The notes: generated by a model not told the origin, from the sequence alone. A stretch of DNA of 64,000 nt from Callorhinchus milii (GCF_018977255.1 NW_024704743.1:81036001-81100000), one strand, 5' to 3'. Counted from the stretch's first letter, positions 39,420-51,884 are shown. Program-made: numbers and translations.

Positions 39420-39905
39420 AGATAGCAGGCTTTTTGGAACTGGGCATGTTCACATTGGAACAGAAGAGACTAAAGGCAATCTTGCCAAAGGTTATAAGAT
39501 TCTACCAGGAATCAACTTAATATAATAATGTAATCCTTGTATTCAATATAGAGACATATCATGTCGTCGAGATGTCTCAAACCGCATCACTGTGAAGTTT
39601 AGTGACTGTGTATTATAGACAAACACAGAAGTCAATTTCCACACAGCACTATCCCACAAACAACCATGAAATGAATGACCAATTTGGTTTGGGGGATAAA
39701 CATCCTTCTCTTTTTAAATAGTGCCATGGGATCTTGGCTTAATATCCACCTGAACAGGCAGATGACAAGATCTTTACAATCAATACCTGCTCCAGAACTA
39801 GAGGTTACAACTTCAAACTGGACAAAAATCAATTCTGGGTGGACATGAAGAAGCATTTCACATGTACAGTGGTATTATCTATGCAAGACTCTGGAACACT
39901 CTCCT
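39420..39905 (+). mobile_element. CR1 fragment interrupted by an antisense Deu-SINE (~39520-39790)
   Basis: CR1-type gaacagaagagactaaaggcaatctt...gttataagatt resumes as agaactagaggttacaacttcaaactg...ctggaacactctcc after the SINE. Confidence 0.65.
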
Positions 39906-40394
39906 TCAATCCACCTAGCCTCTGCCCCCCAGCTCAGAGTCAGGCTCCGCCACTGTTTAAGCGCTCTGAGACGCTACCCTCCGTGGAGGGTGCTATATAA
40001 GTGCAAGTTGTTGTTGTAAATAGCATGCTCTCATTCAGTTTAACAACTTGCATTTATTTAGCACCCTTGGCGTTGGTAGTATCTCAGAGCAAAATTTAGA
40101 TGTATTTCTCAAGAAAAAGCAGATTGACACCCCCAAACTTGCATCCTACCTATAAGAGGCTCCACATGACTAACAATAGTGTGTAACAAGGTATTTGGTT
40201 AGATAGAATGGGGCTCTCGTGTTGGTAACAGTTTGGATCTCTCTTGAAGCTAATGTGATTATCTTTGGGAGTCGGGCAGGAATTTTCCTGTGTATTTTGT
40301 TTCTTCTAAATTGACTGTGGGGCTATATTCTTCGTTTTTTCACCTACTCAGGAGAGAATTGGGTGGCTAGCACCTGGAGAAAAATGTAGTTAGA

Positions 40395-40845
40395 ATACAT
40401 GTGCATTGCACACAGAAATACCCCACAAACAACCATGAATTGATTGATAATTTTGTATTTGGGGCATTGATTGTCAGAATACGGGGAGAAACTCCCGTCC
40501 CATTTTAAATAGTACCATGTGATGTTTAATGTCTGCGTGAACAGACAGACTGGACCCTAACCCAAGATGTCTCAAGTAAAGGACAACATGTCTGGCAATG
40601 CAACACTCCTCCACCATTATATTTGAGTGGTAGCCTTGATTGTCAGCTCAAAATCACAACGTAACAATAACAACTTGCATTTATATAATGCCTTTCATGC
40701 CCAGAGTGCTTAAAAGCTGACACCTAGCCGGAGTGAGGAGGTGACCGTAAGGTCTTTAGTCGTGATCCAAAATCTGAACCTTCCACAACTACATAACCTT
40801 GACTCAGAGTTCAGAGCGCTACCAAGGTAGCCAGCCTGACACTGC
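40395..40845 (-). mobile_element. Deu-domain SINE with an inserted L2 tail (~40660-40760)
   Basis: Deu core and head gactcagagttcagagcgctacca; internal aacaataacaacttgcatttatataatgcc L2-type tail. Confidence 0.7.
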
Positions 40846-41789
40846 CTGATGAGTCTATGGGGATTTTTCCATTCTTTCCTTTCCCTGTAGTTATGTAGCT
40901 AAAATAGCAATAACCTTTCCCTCTTTAAGCCCCAAAAGGGCAATGCCCCACAAAGCTGTTCTTTTATTTGGATGAAAAAAGAGCTTTCATTTTTCTAGTA
41001 ACTTATTCTGTCAAACAACTCATAGTGGTGAACAAATAGCTATCAGGTGTAGTGACTGTTTGTTAGGCAAACAAGGCAGTTATATGTGCTTGCAAGGTCT
41101 GACAAAAACAACTTGCATTTATAAAACATAACGCAATGTGTTTCACAAAGAGTAACATCTCAAAGCAGACGCCAAGTCTGAGGGGGAGGGAATGGGACGA
41201 GTGGGGAGGGCGGGGGAAGATGAAAACTGTGATGAATAACCAATTAATCTGGATATTTGTTGGCCAGGAGAAACTCTTTTCTAATCGTCTCAAAGGATCA
41301 TTAACATCCACCTGAAGAACAGGCAGAAAATGAGCCAAGATCATAATATCCACTCAACCTTAAATGGCCTATTCTTCAAACAACGGGCTAACCCAAGTGA
41401 AAGAGCACAAAGCACCATTGATTGTATTCTCCTGCGAGTACTGTGCAACAAAACTGAACAATGATTTCACAAAATATATGCACATATTTTTCTCAATGAA
41501 AATAAATTGTAAAAAAAAACACTGAGAGAAATCATAGGGGCCAAGGAGGGGAAATTAGGAGCAGATCCCAATGCAAAACAACTAACCTTGTAAGAGCCAG
41601 AACACAACTCAAAATTTGACATCTGGGGACAATCCACTTCATTGATGTTTGTGACAATAGCCAGTTGGCTGAGGTAAAGGAAAGAACTTGTGTGGAAGTT
41701 GTGTGGAAAATTGGCGCCAAGTGAGGAGTCAAAACCTTTAAATGCGTGTGCTGAACTTCTCATTTATACAACAAAATTAAAAGCACATT

Positions 41790-42120
41790 GTGCTGACTTA
41801 GCTGATGTCAGCTGTGGCAGTCATTAGGGTGCTGCACAGCATCTCATGGCTAAGAAAGAGAAAAACTGCCTAAGGTTCCTACACCTAAGCAGTATTCAAT
41901 AGCCTTTTCTGCAAACGCTTATTGTATGGATAACAGGTACAGACAAGGTCTGGCCTGGCTATGATGACTGCCTACCTTCCTGACCAAATAGCCTGCTGAT
42001 AACTTACTGTCCAGGTTCATATATGAAGCACAACCACTGGGATAAAGGAACCACATGCTCCCACTAGCTGTTGAACTGCACTCAGGGTTGAGATCAGGGT
42101 TAAGGGAAAATCTTTGAGGA
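41790..42120 (+). mobile_element. AmnSINE2-like ancient SINE
   Basis: gtgctgacttagctgatgtcagc...ggcctggctatgatg...aatagcctgctgataacttactgtccaggttcatatatgaag. Confidence 0.65.
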
Positions 42121-42323
42121 AAAAAGTAGATTCTATAATTAAATTACACTCACTGTCATTTTAAATGAGACCACTAACCATCTCACTTTTGCTAAAGATC
42201 AACAAAATGACATTTGGTCTAGTTAAAACTAGGGTAATTTTCCCCGATTGTAAATTTACTGACAGTCAAAGAATCACCCCCAAGGTGCTTATTATAAATA
42301 ATGGGTATTAAAGCCTTTCAGTA

Positions 42324-42847
42324 CAATCAAACCTGTTTTCAGCAACAACTCAGGGGACTGGACCTAAGTGACTTTTTGTAAGGGTGGCATCTGAGGAAGG
42401 GTTTATTGGTTCATTGACTGAGTCTGAAAATTAAAAATAAAATTTACACAGGACCAACATTTCCACGGGCCTGTGTGTAGACTCTCGCTAGATTCTTAGT
42501 GCATTTAGCAATGCCGCCACACTGGAGAGGCAGGAATCTGTGGGCATCATGTGTGCTACTCAACGCAGTGTTGGTAAATGCGCTAGGAGTCTAGCGGGAG
42601 TCTACACGTGAGTATGCAGAAATTGGTGATGCTTTACTGGTAAGTATACTTAAATTCACTTAGAACTGACCACTGAAAAGGGTGTCTGTGCACCAATGGG
42701 GCTAAAAAGAAGTGCCCACTTGTTGCATTAGTCAGGTAGTTGCTGAATAAAGGTGGTTTATTATGGAAAATCGGTCAGGATTGTTCCAGGATGGTGTTGA
42801 TAGCAGATGGTCGCTGAGTAGTAGTGGTTGCTGTTAAGGTTTGACTG
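42324..42847. mobile_element. pogo/Tigger-like (Tc1/mariner) MITE with TA target duplication, containing a nested palindromic element
   Basis: Left end TA|CAATCAAACCTGTTTTCAGCAACAACT; right end AGTGGTTGCTGTTAAGGTTTGACTG|TA. Confidence 0.7.
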
Positions 42848-43004
42848 TACTAACTGAACTAACTGAGTTGGAAAGTCAGAAAGCTTTGTTGTTAAAAATA
42901 TTGCAATAAATTGGCCAATACCCCTTTACCTCTCAGATCTGGAATCCAAACCAGCTCAAAACTCGTGTGATGAAAGTCTTTTTTTTCATTGCTCTTTACA
43001 AGGG

Positions 43005-43220
43005 CCACTTGGCCTAACCAGTCTGTGCTGGTGTTTATACTCCACATGGGTCTCCATCCATTCCTTACTTCCTCCCATACCTTTCTATTCTTGTTTCCCT
43101 CCTGTGAAGGTCTAGTTTCCTCTTAAATGCATCTATATTATCTGCTTCAACCACTGCTTCAGGCAGTGAGTTCCACGATTTCACTACTCCCTGCATGAAG
43201 TAGTTCCTCCTAAATTCTTT
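43005..43220 (-). mobile_element. CR1 LINE 3' fragment
   Basis: Minus strand: gtggaactcactgcctgaagcagtggttgaagcagataatatagatgcatttaagaggaaactaga. Confidence 0.75.
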
Positions 43221-43707
43221 TCAATTTTGAGTTTGAGGAGTCTCAATCAGATTACAATGCATGGCTCCATAGTACACAACTATCATGGGTAGCCATTTCA
43301 AGATAACATTTAACTTACTGGCTTTGTAAATATACTGTATTTTGCACAATCTGAAATTTTAGGCCTTGTATATTGTATTGTATAATTTCTTCACTTGCCT
43401 TAAAATAGTAGTGTGCCCTTCAAGAATTGTGGTGTTTCACTGTGCTGAGCAATCTGCTGTTAAATTATTGCTTCTAGAAATCTGAACCATGATCAATTCA
43501 AAATAGTGGCAAAGTTGCAAAATCTACCTACCAGGAAATTACTGAGTACTGTAAGTTTTGAAAGATATTATTTTATTTAGAGAAGGCACGTACAGGTTGA
43601 CTAATGTAATAACTTGTGCTATTTCAGTGCTCCAACACACCAGCCTACTTGAAGGCTGCTCTATAAATGCAAGTTGCTGTTCTTATTCCACCAGCTCCAC
43701 TACTCAT

Positions 43708-44565
43708 AAACAACAAGACTACATTTGTATAGCACCTTTCACGTCGGGAGGATGTCCCAAAGCGGTGGACAAAGTACAGCATTTCAGACCCGAGCTGGGG
43801 TTGGTGGGGGAGGGGAGGGGAAGGGGGGTGGCCGATGGCATGGTCGAAGAGGAGGGTCTTGAGGCTGGACTTGAAGGAGGCTAAGGAGGGGGTGAGGCAG
43901 AGTGACTGCCGGATGGAATTCCAGAGGTTGGGGGCAGAGTAGCTGAAGGCTCTCCCGCCAATGGTGGGGTGGGTGGGTCGGGGGATGTGGAGCAGGCCAG
44001 ATCCGGCTGAGCGGAGGGAACAGACGGCTTGGTAGGGGGTTAGGAGGTCGCAGCGTTAGGGTGGGGTGAGGCCATGGAGGGCTTTGTACGTGAGGACCAG
44101 GATCTTGAACTAATTCCTCTGAAGGATAGGGAGCCAGTGGAGTCGGGCGAGAGTGGGGGAGATGGGGTCATATACATTGTCTGTCACATCAGCAGTGCAC
44201 TTCAAACAGCTGATTGGGACAACAGCTGAGCCCAACTGAGGGGTGGATTTTGAAGGGAAGTATGAGACAGAGGGAACTTCGGATGGAGTTCCAGAGAGCG
44301 AGAGGCTGAAAACTCCACCGATAATGGGGCAGATTAGCGGAGGATCTAAACCAGGTTGTGTTGGGTTGAAAGTGAGAATGAAGATCTTGATTTCAATCTG
44401 CCGGAGAATTGAGAGCCAGTGAAGCTTAACAAGGATGGTGTTGATGGGCCCATGGAAGCCTAGTGTTGGAGGAGACGTGGCTGCAGTGCTCTGGATGGTC
44501 TGCAACTTTTGTAGGGAGGAGCTGGGAAATACAGCAAGCAAGGAATTGGAATAATCAAGCCTAAA
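43708..44565 (-). mobile_element. Two tandem L2 LINE fragments
   Basis: Two LHWL motifs (KLHWLSI, RLHWLPI), KLQTIQ, and an L2 3' tail ending in (TTG)n at ~43710. Confidence 0.85.
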
Positions 44566-45317
44566 ATTTAAGAGGTGCAGAATCTTGGAAAATTCTTAAA
44601 TTAAGTCTTAATAATAATAGTTGCATTTGATATAGCGCTTTTCACATCTTCTAGATGTCTCAAAGCACTTCACAGAATATACTGAAAAGTGAATTGACTA
44701 TATTTGTGGGCGAAATGCAGCAGTCAATTGCACTTTGGAAGCCAGTTTTGGCAGTGTTTTCAAAACAAAATTACATAGAACTAGTTTTCAAATTAGACTG
44801 AATTTATGAATTTTTCAAAATTCTGCATTATCTTATATTTTAAAATGTGGTCTTAAGGCTAAGAGAGATTGCAAGCTTCGAGTCTCATGCAGGACACGTG
44901 CTTATGAAACATGTATATTATCTTACTGTTACTAATGATCAGATAGACACCATTCTGACAAGTAACTCGTTCAAGACTAAAGTATCTTCATATTGGAATG
45001 AACCTTGTTTCCAAAATCGGCAAGGCAAACTTCTAGAACTATTGTCTTGATGCAACATAGATTTTTTTCTGAATTGAAAAGGAAAAAACAACTTGTTCTC
45101 TCATTTTTGCAGCTGGTAAATCAGCTGTGCCAAAAGTAATGCTATAAAACCCTCATTATTTATATCTATCTTATCTGTACAAGACACTTCTCAAATTATC
45201 TGAAGCAAAGAAAACTTGTAAATGACTTCTGTGCAAACCTCAGGCCGGATGAAAAAGCCAATGGAGAAACTATTTGTCAGAAAGGTAATCTGTCACCAAG
45301 GGCTCATTTAGTGTCAA

Positions 45318-45810
45318 ATAATAAGCATTGCATTTGATATAGCGCCTTATCACATCAAGACATCTCAAAGCATTTCACAGGATATAACGCAAAGTGGATT
45401 GACTGTATTTTTGTGGGCAAAACACAGATGCCAGTTTGCACACACCAGTGTCCCACAATCAGCCATGGAGTGAGTGACCAATTTTATTTGGGAGATTGTT
45501 AGCTAGAACATGGGGAGAATCTCCCTTCTCTTTTTGCATGGAGTCATGGGATCTTCAACATCCACTGAACAGGCTGATGGGACCACTGTTTAACAACAAC
45601 TTGTATTTATATAGCGCCCTCCACGACAGGCGGCGTCCAGAGCGCTGTTTAACATCTCATCCGAAGGACAGCACCTTTGACAATGCAACACACTCCCAGC
45701 ACTTCACTGGAGTGTCAGCTTAGGCTGTGTGATTCCACATCCTGACATGGAGCTTGAACCCATAACCTTGTGACTCAGAGGTGAGAGTGCTACCACTGAG
45801 CCAGGCTGAC
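45318..45810 (-). mobile_element. Full-length Deu-domain SINE with a short L2-tail insertion at ~45596-45644
   Basis: Head tcagcctggctcagtggtagcactctcacctctgagtcacaaggttatgggttcaagctcc; the insert is flanked by the direct repeat ctgtttaaca. Confidence 0.85.
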
Positions 45811-46329
45811 AAACAAAACAAAACCATCACAAATTCTGTCCTTGTGGCAATCAGCAATGGTAAAAGTTATCACACAAGGCAATTATCACTTCAAACAGCT
45901 AACAGTCCCACGTTTACCCTTCTATGGCTTTATAGTAATTTTCTCAGATACAGGGTGTTTTATGTTGAATCTGGCAGAGTGTAAGATAAAGTACTGTCCG
46001 TGTCCTAAGTTCTCTCCAGAACTATCCCTGAAGCTTAAACTTCAAAGCGATTCTAAATTCAGCAACTTGCCATTTGTGGACTTCACAAAGGTTTGCAGCA
46101 TCAAATAAAGTCAAAGTCCACATCCCGGTTTAACAAAAGAACTTAAAATGCTCCTAAATACACAACCCAATATATCCTTTTCAGGCTAGCAAATGAGAAT
46201 GAAAATCAATGATATATTCTGGAAAAGAGATTGGATGAGTGTTGGGTTATAGCTCTGCTATAACTATTGGATTGCTATTAGATTTGGAAAGCTTTTCGTC
46301 AAATTAGTACATACTACCCCAATTTCAGA

Positions 46330-46582
46330 CATGGTAGGAAAGTCATATTCCAATTTTTTCACACAGTGAGTTGTTTGGATCTGGAATGCATTGCCTGAAA
46401 GGGTGGTGGAAGCTGATCCCATAACAACTTTTAAGAGTAGGAGATAATTATTTGAAGAGGACAAGTTTGCAGGGCTATGGGGAGAGCAGGGGAGTGGGAT
46501 TGATTTGGGTAGCTCTTTTAAAAGAGCTGGCACAGACAACGTGGGCCAAATGGCCTCCTTCTGTGTTGTATAATTCTATGAT
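46330..46582 (+). mobile_element. CR1 LINE 3' end
   Basis: ttcacacagtgagttgtttggatctggaatgcattgcctgaaagggtggtggaagc...gggccaaatggcctccttctgtgttgtataattctatga. Confidence 0.88.
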
Positions 46583-47429
46583 ATTGATCATGTTTAACGC
46601 TTTATTGGCCAATTGACTGGTAACTAATTGGAACAAAATAGAATAATCCTGAGAGATTCTCAGTGTTATCAAAGTGGAAGACATTTACCCAGTTCAGGAA
46701 GCACCTCTGTTAGGATAATTCAGTTGTTGATTACATAGTTACAGCCTTGTACTGTGTTAGACTATATCAATTCAGCTAATTTTCCTTAGGATGAAATTAT
46801 ACATCGAGAACATGCTGGGAGGTCCAGCTGTTTCATTGAACTCGTAACCTTGCATAAGTCATTTTCAGATAAATGCGGCCCTCTGTTTATTTGAATAGAG
46901 GCTGCTGCTCACAGTAAATTCCCACATTAATTAATTATTGTGTAAAGTGTGGAGACCTGAAGATCCAACAGTTAATTATCGTACTTCCACAACCTCAGAC
47001 TCGAAGGGAATGAATACCAGCTCTTGAGGACTTGTTCACAATCTGTAAAGGACAAACTCCATCTAAATTTTAATCCCTGCTGAATTTGTGTATTATATGA
47101 TTAATCCCAAAAGGAGTCTTAGTCATTTTGTATTCATACATTAAATCCACTGTTTTTTCTTCATTAACTATTGCAGCTGATATTCTCACTTAAAAACATA
47201 TGGTATCGTTGTCGCGTATCAGATTGTTAATACCTTTTTTTAAGACCACAATTGTTTAAATAATTTAAATATAAACAATTAACTGGCTATTTCTATAGGT
47301 GCTGTATATTTAGAGGTACAAACCAGAACTCAATCTACAGCTAAAGAATTGTTGAACTTCTCAAATTAATTTTTTTGTGATAATTATGCAGGATTTGAAA
47401 TAAAAGTATTAATATTTTTAAAAGTTATA

Positions 47430-48625
47430 TTTGCTAAAGCAATCATTTATTAACATTGTCAGGATTTCACCATAGAATCAAATGATTACAAAGTTCAGTA
47501 CATAGTTTTATATAAAAAAATGTTTAAAAAAATTGTCTACCTTGCTTGGACCTATGTGGAAAATGTTTTTGGTGCTGAGATGGACTGTTGCAGCAAATTC
47601 AGTGATTCATAGTATGTTGTATGCACACAGTAAATCTACAAACAAAATCAGTAAGCACTCTGTTGCACAAAACCAGTATAAAAATGCAAGCAATTATTCC
47701 ATCATCGGCTACAATAGTCAAAAAACTAAAAATGGAAAATGTTGTTATCTATTTACAGAGATCCAAAAATGTTCTAATAAAATCAGATGAAATGCAATAC
47801 AATCACATTTTTGTTAAAAATGCCTTGTGCCATGAGCTTTGGTGGAAGTAAAATAATCAATGCCATAATTAGATGACAGGGTATCATACGTTAAATTTGA
47901 AGGCAAATACTACTGCCAGCCAAATCAGCACAAGCTCACAGAAACCTGTTGGTTTTTTTTAAATTAAAACATCCTTCAACTGAGTCACAATTTTATTTTG
48001 TAATCCCAGTGGACTGTGACAAAGAATTACTGTGTACATACTGCTTGGTAAATACTGAGTTATTGTTCACTGTATGTTACAAGGTTTTAAAGCGAACCAT
48101 TTTTCGTTCGAAACAACACGTTTGGAACTGCAACAGACAGATCCAAACACTCCCATCATTAAAACTGCACAAAAACTGCAGTTGTGTTTCAGTTTTAACA
48201 GCAATGTAAATGAAATTGCATTGCAAGATGTTTAATTTATTGATGACCATAAATGTTCACTTATCCTAACAGTCTAATTGCTCTTAGATCAGCTTGGATC
48301 TATTGGAAAGACGTTTCTGCAGAAGAATAATGCAGGAATATATAACCAAAGTATAAACCAATCTCGAAAAACAGGAGTGTTTGTTTTGTCAGAAAAACAA
48401 CAAGCTGCCAATTTAGGTCAGCTGAACACATGGAATGAGTGAACCAAGTTTCAGTCAGTTTGTATACATAGATTATACCCTAGTAATGAATACAGTTCTG
48501 GTTTCTTGCACTGTAAACGATAATGATTTCAGGAAGGAGGGATCATTTTGCTGAGTAGTATTTCCAGTGCACCTCATTTGAAAACTGTTGCTATATCGGC
48601 CTCCTGAGGCAGTTCACCATTCATT
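47430..48625 (-). terminator. TAF2: TAF2 3' UTR with candidate AATAAA poly(A) signals at 48236-48241 and 47446-47451
   Basis: Repeat-free AT-rich stretch after the stop codon, with tttatt on the + strand at both positions. Which signal is used is unknown. Confidence 0.5.
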
Positions 48626-48891
48626 TTAGTCCGAAATTGAAGGAGAGTTTGGAGACCGTCCACTCGCTGGGCTGCTAACAAATGCAAATAGGTCCTTTTC
48701 TTTGTCTTTTCCTTCATGTTTATGTTTATGCTTGTGCTTATGTTTATGTTTCTTCTTCTTTTTCTTGTGTTCATGATGGTGGTGATGGTGGTGCTCGCCA
48801 TGCTTAGATGAGCTAGAATCTTTAACCAGTGAAGGAAGTGGGACAGTTGGTAATGAGATAATAGATGGTTCTGTGGCTGCCGTTTCTTTGC
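48626..48891 (-). CDS. TAF2: TAF2 terminal coding exon with His/Lys-rich tail, (G)KETAATEPS...HHHHHHHEHKKKKKKHKHKHKHKHKH...SPSISD*
   Basis: 266 bp, acceptor tttacacag, phase 1, stop TAA at 48626-48628. C-terminus matches human TAF2 ...SSPASGRSIRSPSLSD. Confidence 0.97.
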
Positions 48892-50269
48892 CTGTGTAAA
48901 TAATAAACATTTGTATTAATAGAAGTTTCATTCTCTTTCATTTCTATCTATCAGCAGTAAGCATTAATTGAGTTTTATTGAGATGGCTCAACCCATCGAT
49001 ACTTTAAAAAAAAGAAAATCAATGGATACAAAAGAATTATGATTAAGAACCCTTTGCTGCCATTTGAACAAAAACATGTATTTAAAAAAGAGAACTTTAA
49101 TAATTGTGTTATAATTTAATGTAATTGGTTTTAAGAGAGAGAACTTGAGATATCCTCAATATGTCACAAATGCAAATATTCATACTTATTCATTTTGCCC
49201 TTTTTTAAAGTATCTCTTAGGGTTAGGGTGTTTTATTCTTTTTTCATCTGCATTTAGCTAGTTAAAAGTCAACCTATCCTACTCCAATTATACAATGAAA
49301 TTACTCACAGATGCAACTTTCTAAATACTGAATGAAGAGTTGTTATTTTATTAATTTAATACAAATATAACCTAGCAATAAAATATTTTGTTCAAACTAA
49401 TGACATATCTATAAAATATGTGATGGCAGAAAACTTCGGAACGCATTATTCAAATAAATGAAATTATGCCAATTCATCACAAAATATAGATTTTCAGCAG
49501 AAATAAGAACAGGCATTTTAACACGTAAAAATATAAGTACACAAAAAAATCTACAAATGGAATGGATATTGCAAATTCATGTTAACAAGATTGAAATCTC
49601 AAATTGCCATTAACTGCCTCATAAAATGTTTGGCTTTCCAGGCATCTTTCTGGATGCTGGATTTAACTGGGTGTCTATAATAGCTGCTGTGTGAACCATC
49701 AAAGACCTGGCACTAGAATGAGCACGTAGTGATGACTGTATTTTCAGAATATCTGGAATTGCATACCCTAATGAACTGCAGTTATGATCTTCACAGCAGT
49801 ATACAAACTATTATGCAGTTAGTATTGCAGGAATGTAATGTGACATCTTATAACGTGACGGGAGATGCTGGCAAGATGCCTAGTTGTGCAAACAATGCTT
49901 TCAGACAAAGCAAAACAAAACCATCTATTGGAGACTTTGCCAAATTACTTTCTCCACCTGTCATAAAAGAGTCTCTCTGCATGAAATATGAAAGTGTCAA
50001 TTAGTGCTTAGAAAGAGAAAATAGGAGAACCAGTTTTTTATCAGTAGTATGACATCACTAAGTGTCTCTTTAGCTGCGATCTTGTGCATAAGTACTAGTC
50101 CATTTAAAAAAAAGCCCAAAGTAAATTCCCATCAGTCCCTTAAAATCATAATCTTTCCAATTAATATAGTAACAATAATTTTGAAAAGTCTCAAAGAATT
50201 TTACCGGGAACTGCTGACAAGCATGGCAGTTATTCTGTGGAGAATAAGATCCCACAACTATCACAAAGT

Positions 50270-50905
50270 AAACGAACCAGGCGTCAGATTCAACCCACAG
50301 CTGTCCTTCCGACACCACATCCAGTCCCTGACCAGGACCACCTTCGCCACATTACCTTACGCCAGATGCAGCCGAAACACTTGGCCATGCGTTCGTCATC
50401 TCCCGACTCTACTTTTCAAATCCCTTCTCGCTGGTCTCCCCAGCTCCAATCATCCACGAGATCCAGCTGATCCAAAACTCTGCTGCAGTATACTCAGCCG
50501 CACTAAACTCCGTAGCACCATCACACCAGTTCCAGCCAGGCTCCACTGACTCCCTATCACTGAACGAATCGATTTCAAGATCCTCACACTAGTTTTCATG
50601 CCCTGGTACCTCGTTACTGGCTTACTCCCCAACCCACTAGCTCCAGCCTCCTGCATGTCCCTCATACTCTCCATTCCACCATCGGTGGCCACACTTTAAG
50701 TCATTATGCTCCAAAGCTCTGAAACACTCATCCTCTATCCCTCCGCCTTGCCACTTCCTTCCCCTCCTTCAGATTGTACCTGAAGACTTTCCTCTTCGAC
50801 GGCCTACGGTCATCTCCCTAAGCTTGGTGTCTTACTCTGCCACTTTCAAGCGCACTGGGATGCCAACCTGCATGAGTGGCGCTATATATATGCAAGTTAT
50901 GGTTA
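50270..50905 (+). mobile_element. L2 LINE 3' fragment
   Basis: PQLSFRHHIQSLTRT, SLLAGLP and ITPVPARLH*LP motifs, then the tail gcgctatatatatgcaagtt. Confidence 0.85.
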
Positions 50906-51884
50906 TTGAAAGGTTGCTGGCCAGGAGGTCAAGGGAAACTACCTTTTCCCTTTGAATAGTATCACAAGGCCCTCAGTTTGAACCTCAGTTTAACATCTCA
51001 TGTTTAACATCTCAGCCATCAACCTGTACAACACTGGTATGTAAAGAACCAACATAGGGCTTGAATTTACAACCTTCTGACACAGTAGAAAAAGTGCCAT
51101 TAATGGAATTAAGCTGATTTGTTTCCAGCATCATTTTGGATCTTATAATTGTAGAAACTCAAGGTGCATATTCTGAATTAAATAGAAACTAAGTGAACCA
51201 AAGAATTGTCAGGCAGCTTACTTTTTACTGAGTTGCACTTTAATAATATGCATTATTCCTAGTTGCAGCTGTTCGTTTCAAACTCTCACAGGGTCAAACT
51301 GTAATTTATAGAATGAAGCATAGTTTGCTTCAAACATTGACGCCTAGCTATAAAGTATGCCAATGTGTTATTTCATCTAATTTCTTCCCAAAAGCACTGA
51401 ATCAGGCTTAAGTATAGTTCCAAAGGCAGGCAGCCAACTATCTTTTGCTCAAATGGGCATTTTTGTGACAGCCTGGACAGTAGCTCCCCAACAGAGCAAC
51501 TGAGGAAGCTTGTTTGTCAGTGATTGAAGTTCAGGTATATTTAGAACCAGATATAATAGTTCTGCATGTTTTTTCCTCTGTAAGTAGAGAGCTGCTCAGG
51601 AAAGCATACGTTGTAAAATTGTTTGTAAACAATTTTATGGACTGGTTAAGTTAGTGAAAAGTTCTCTGCAGCATTCTGTGGTTTAAAATTAGCAAATGAA
51701 TCACAAGAGTCGCAAATCTCAAGGCTAAAATGCATGATCAGAAAATCAGATCACAAGTATGAACTAAGGTATATATAAAGGGGTTAAAAAGAAAAGCAGA
51801 AAAGTTGATTTATGAATTAGTTTTCATAAATAAATCCACTCTTCACCAAAGCAGTAATAAGTCACATAAACAAACCATATATAT

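Noticed and set aside
49850..49957. Alternative candidate for the missing TAF2 penultimate exon (acceptor tcttttatgacag)
   Set aside because: The peptide shows no resemblance to TAF2, the only phase-1 donor is poor (GTTTTG), and the frame ends in a stop.
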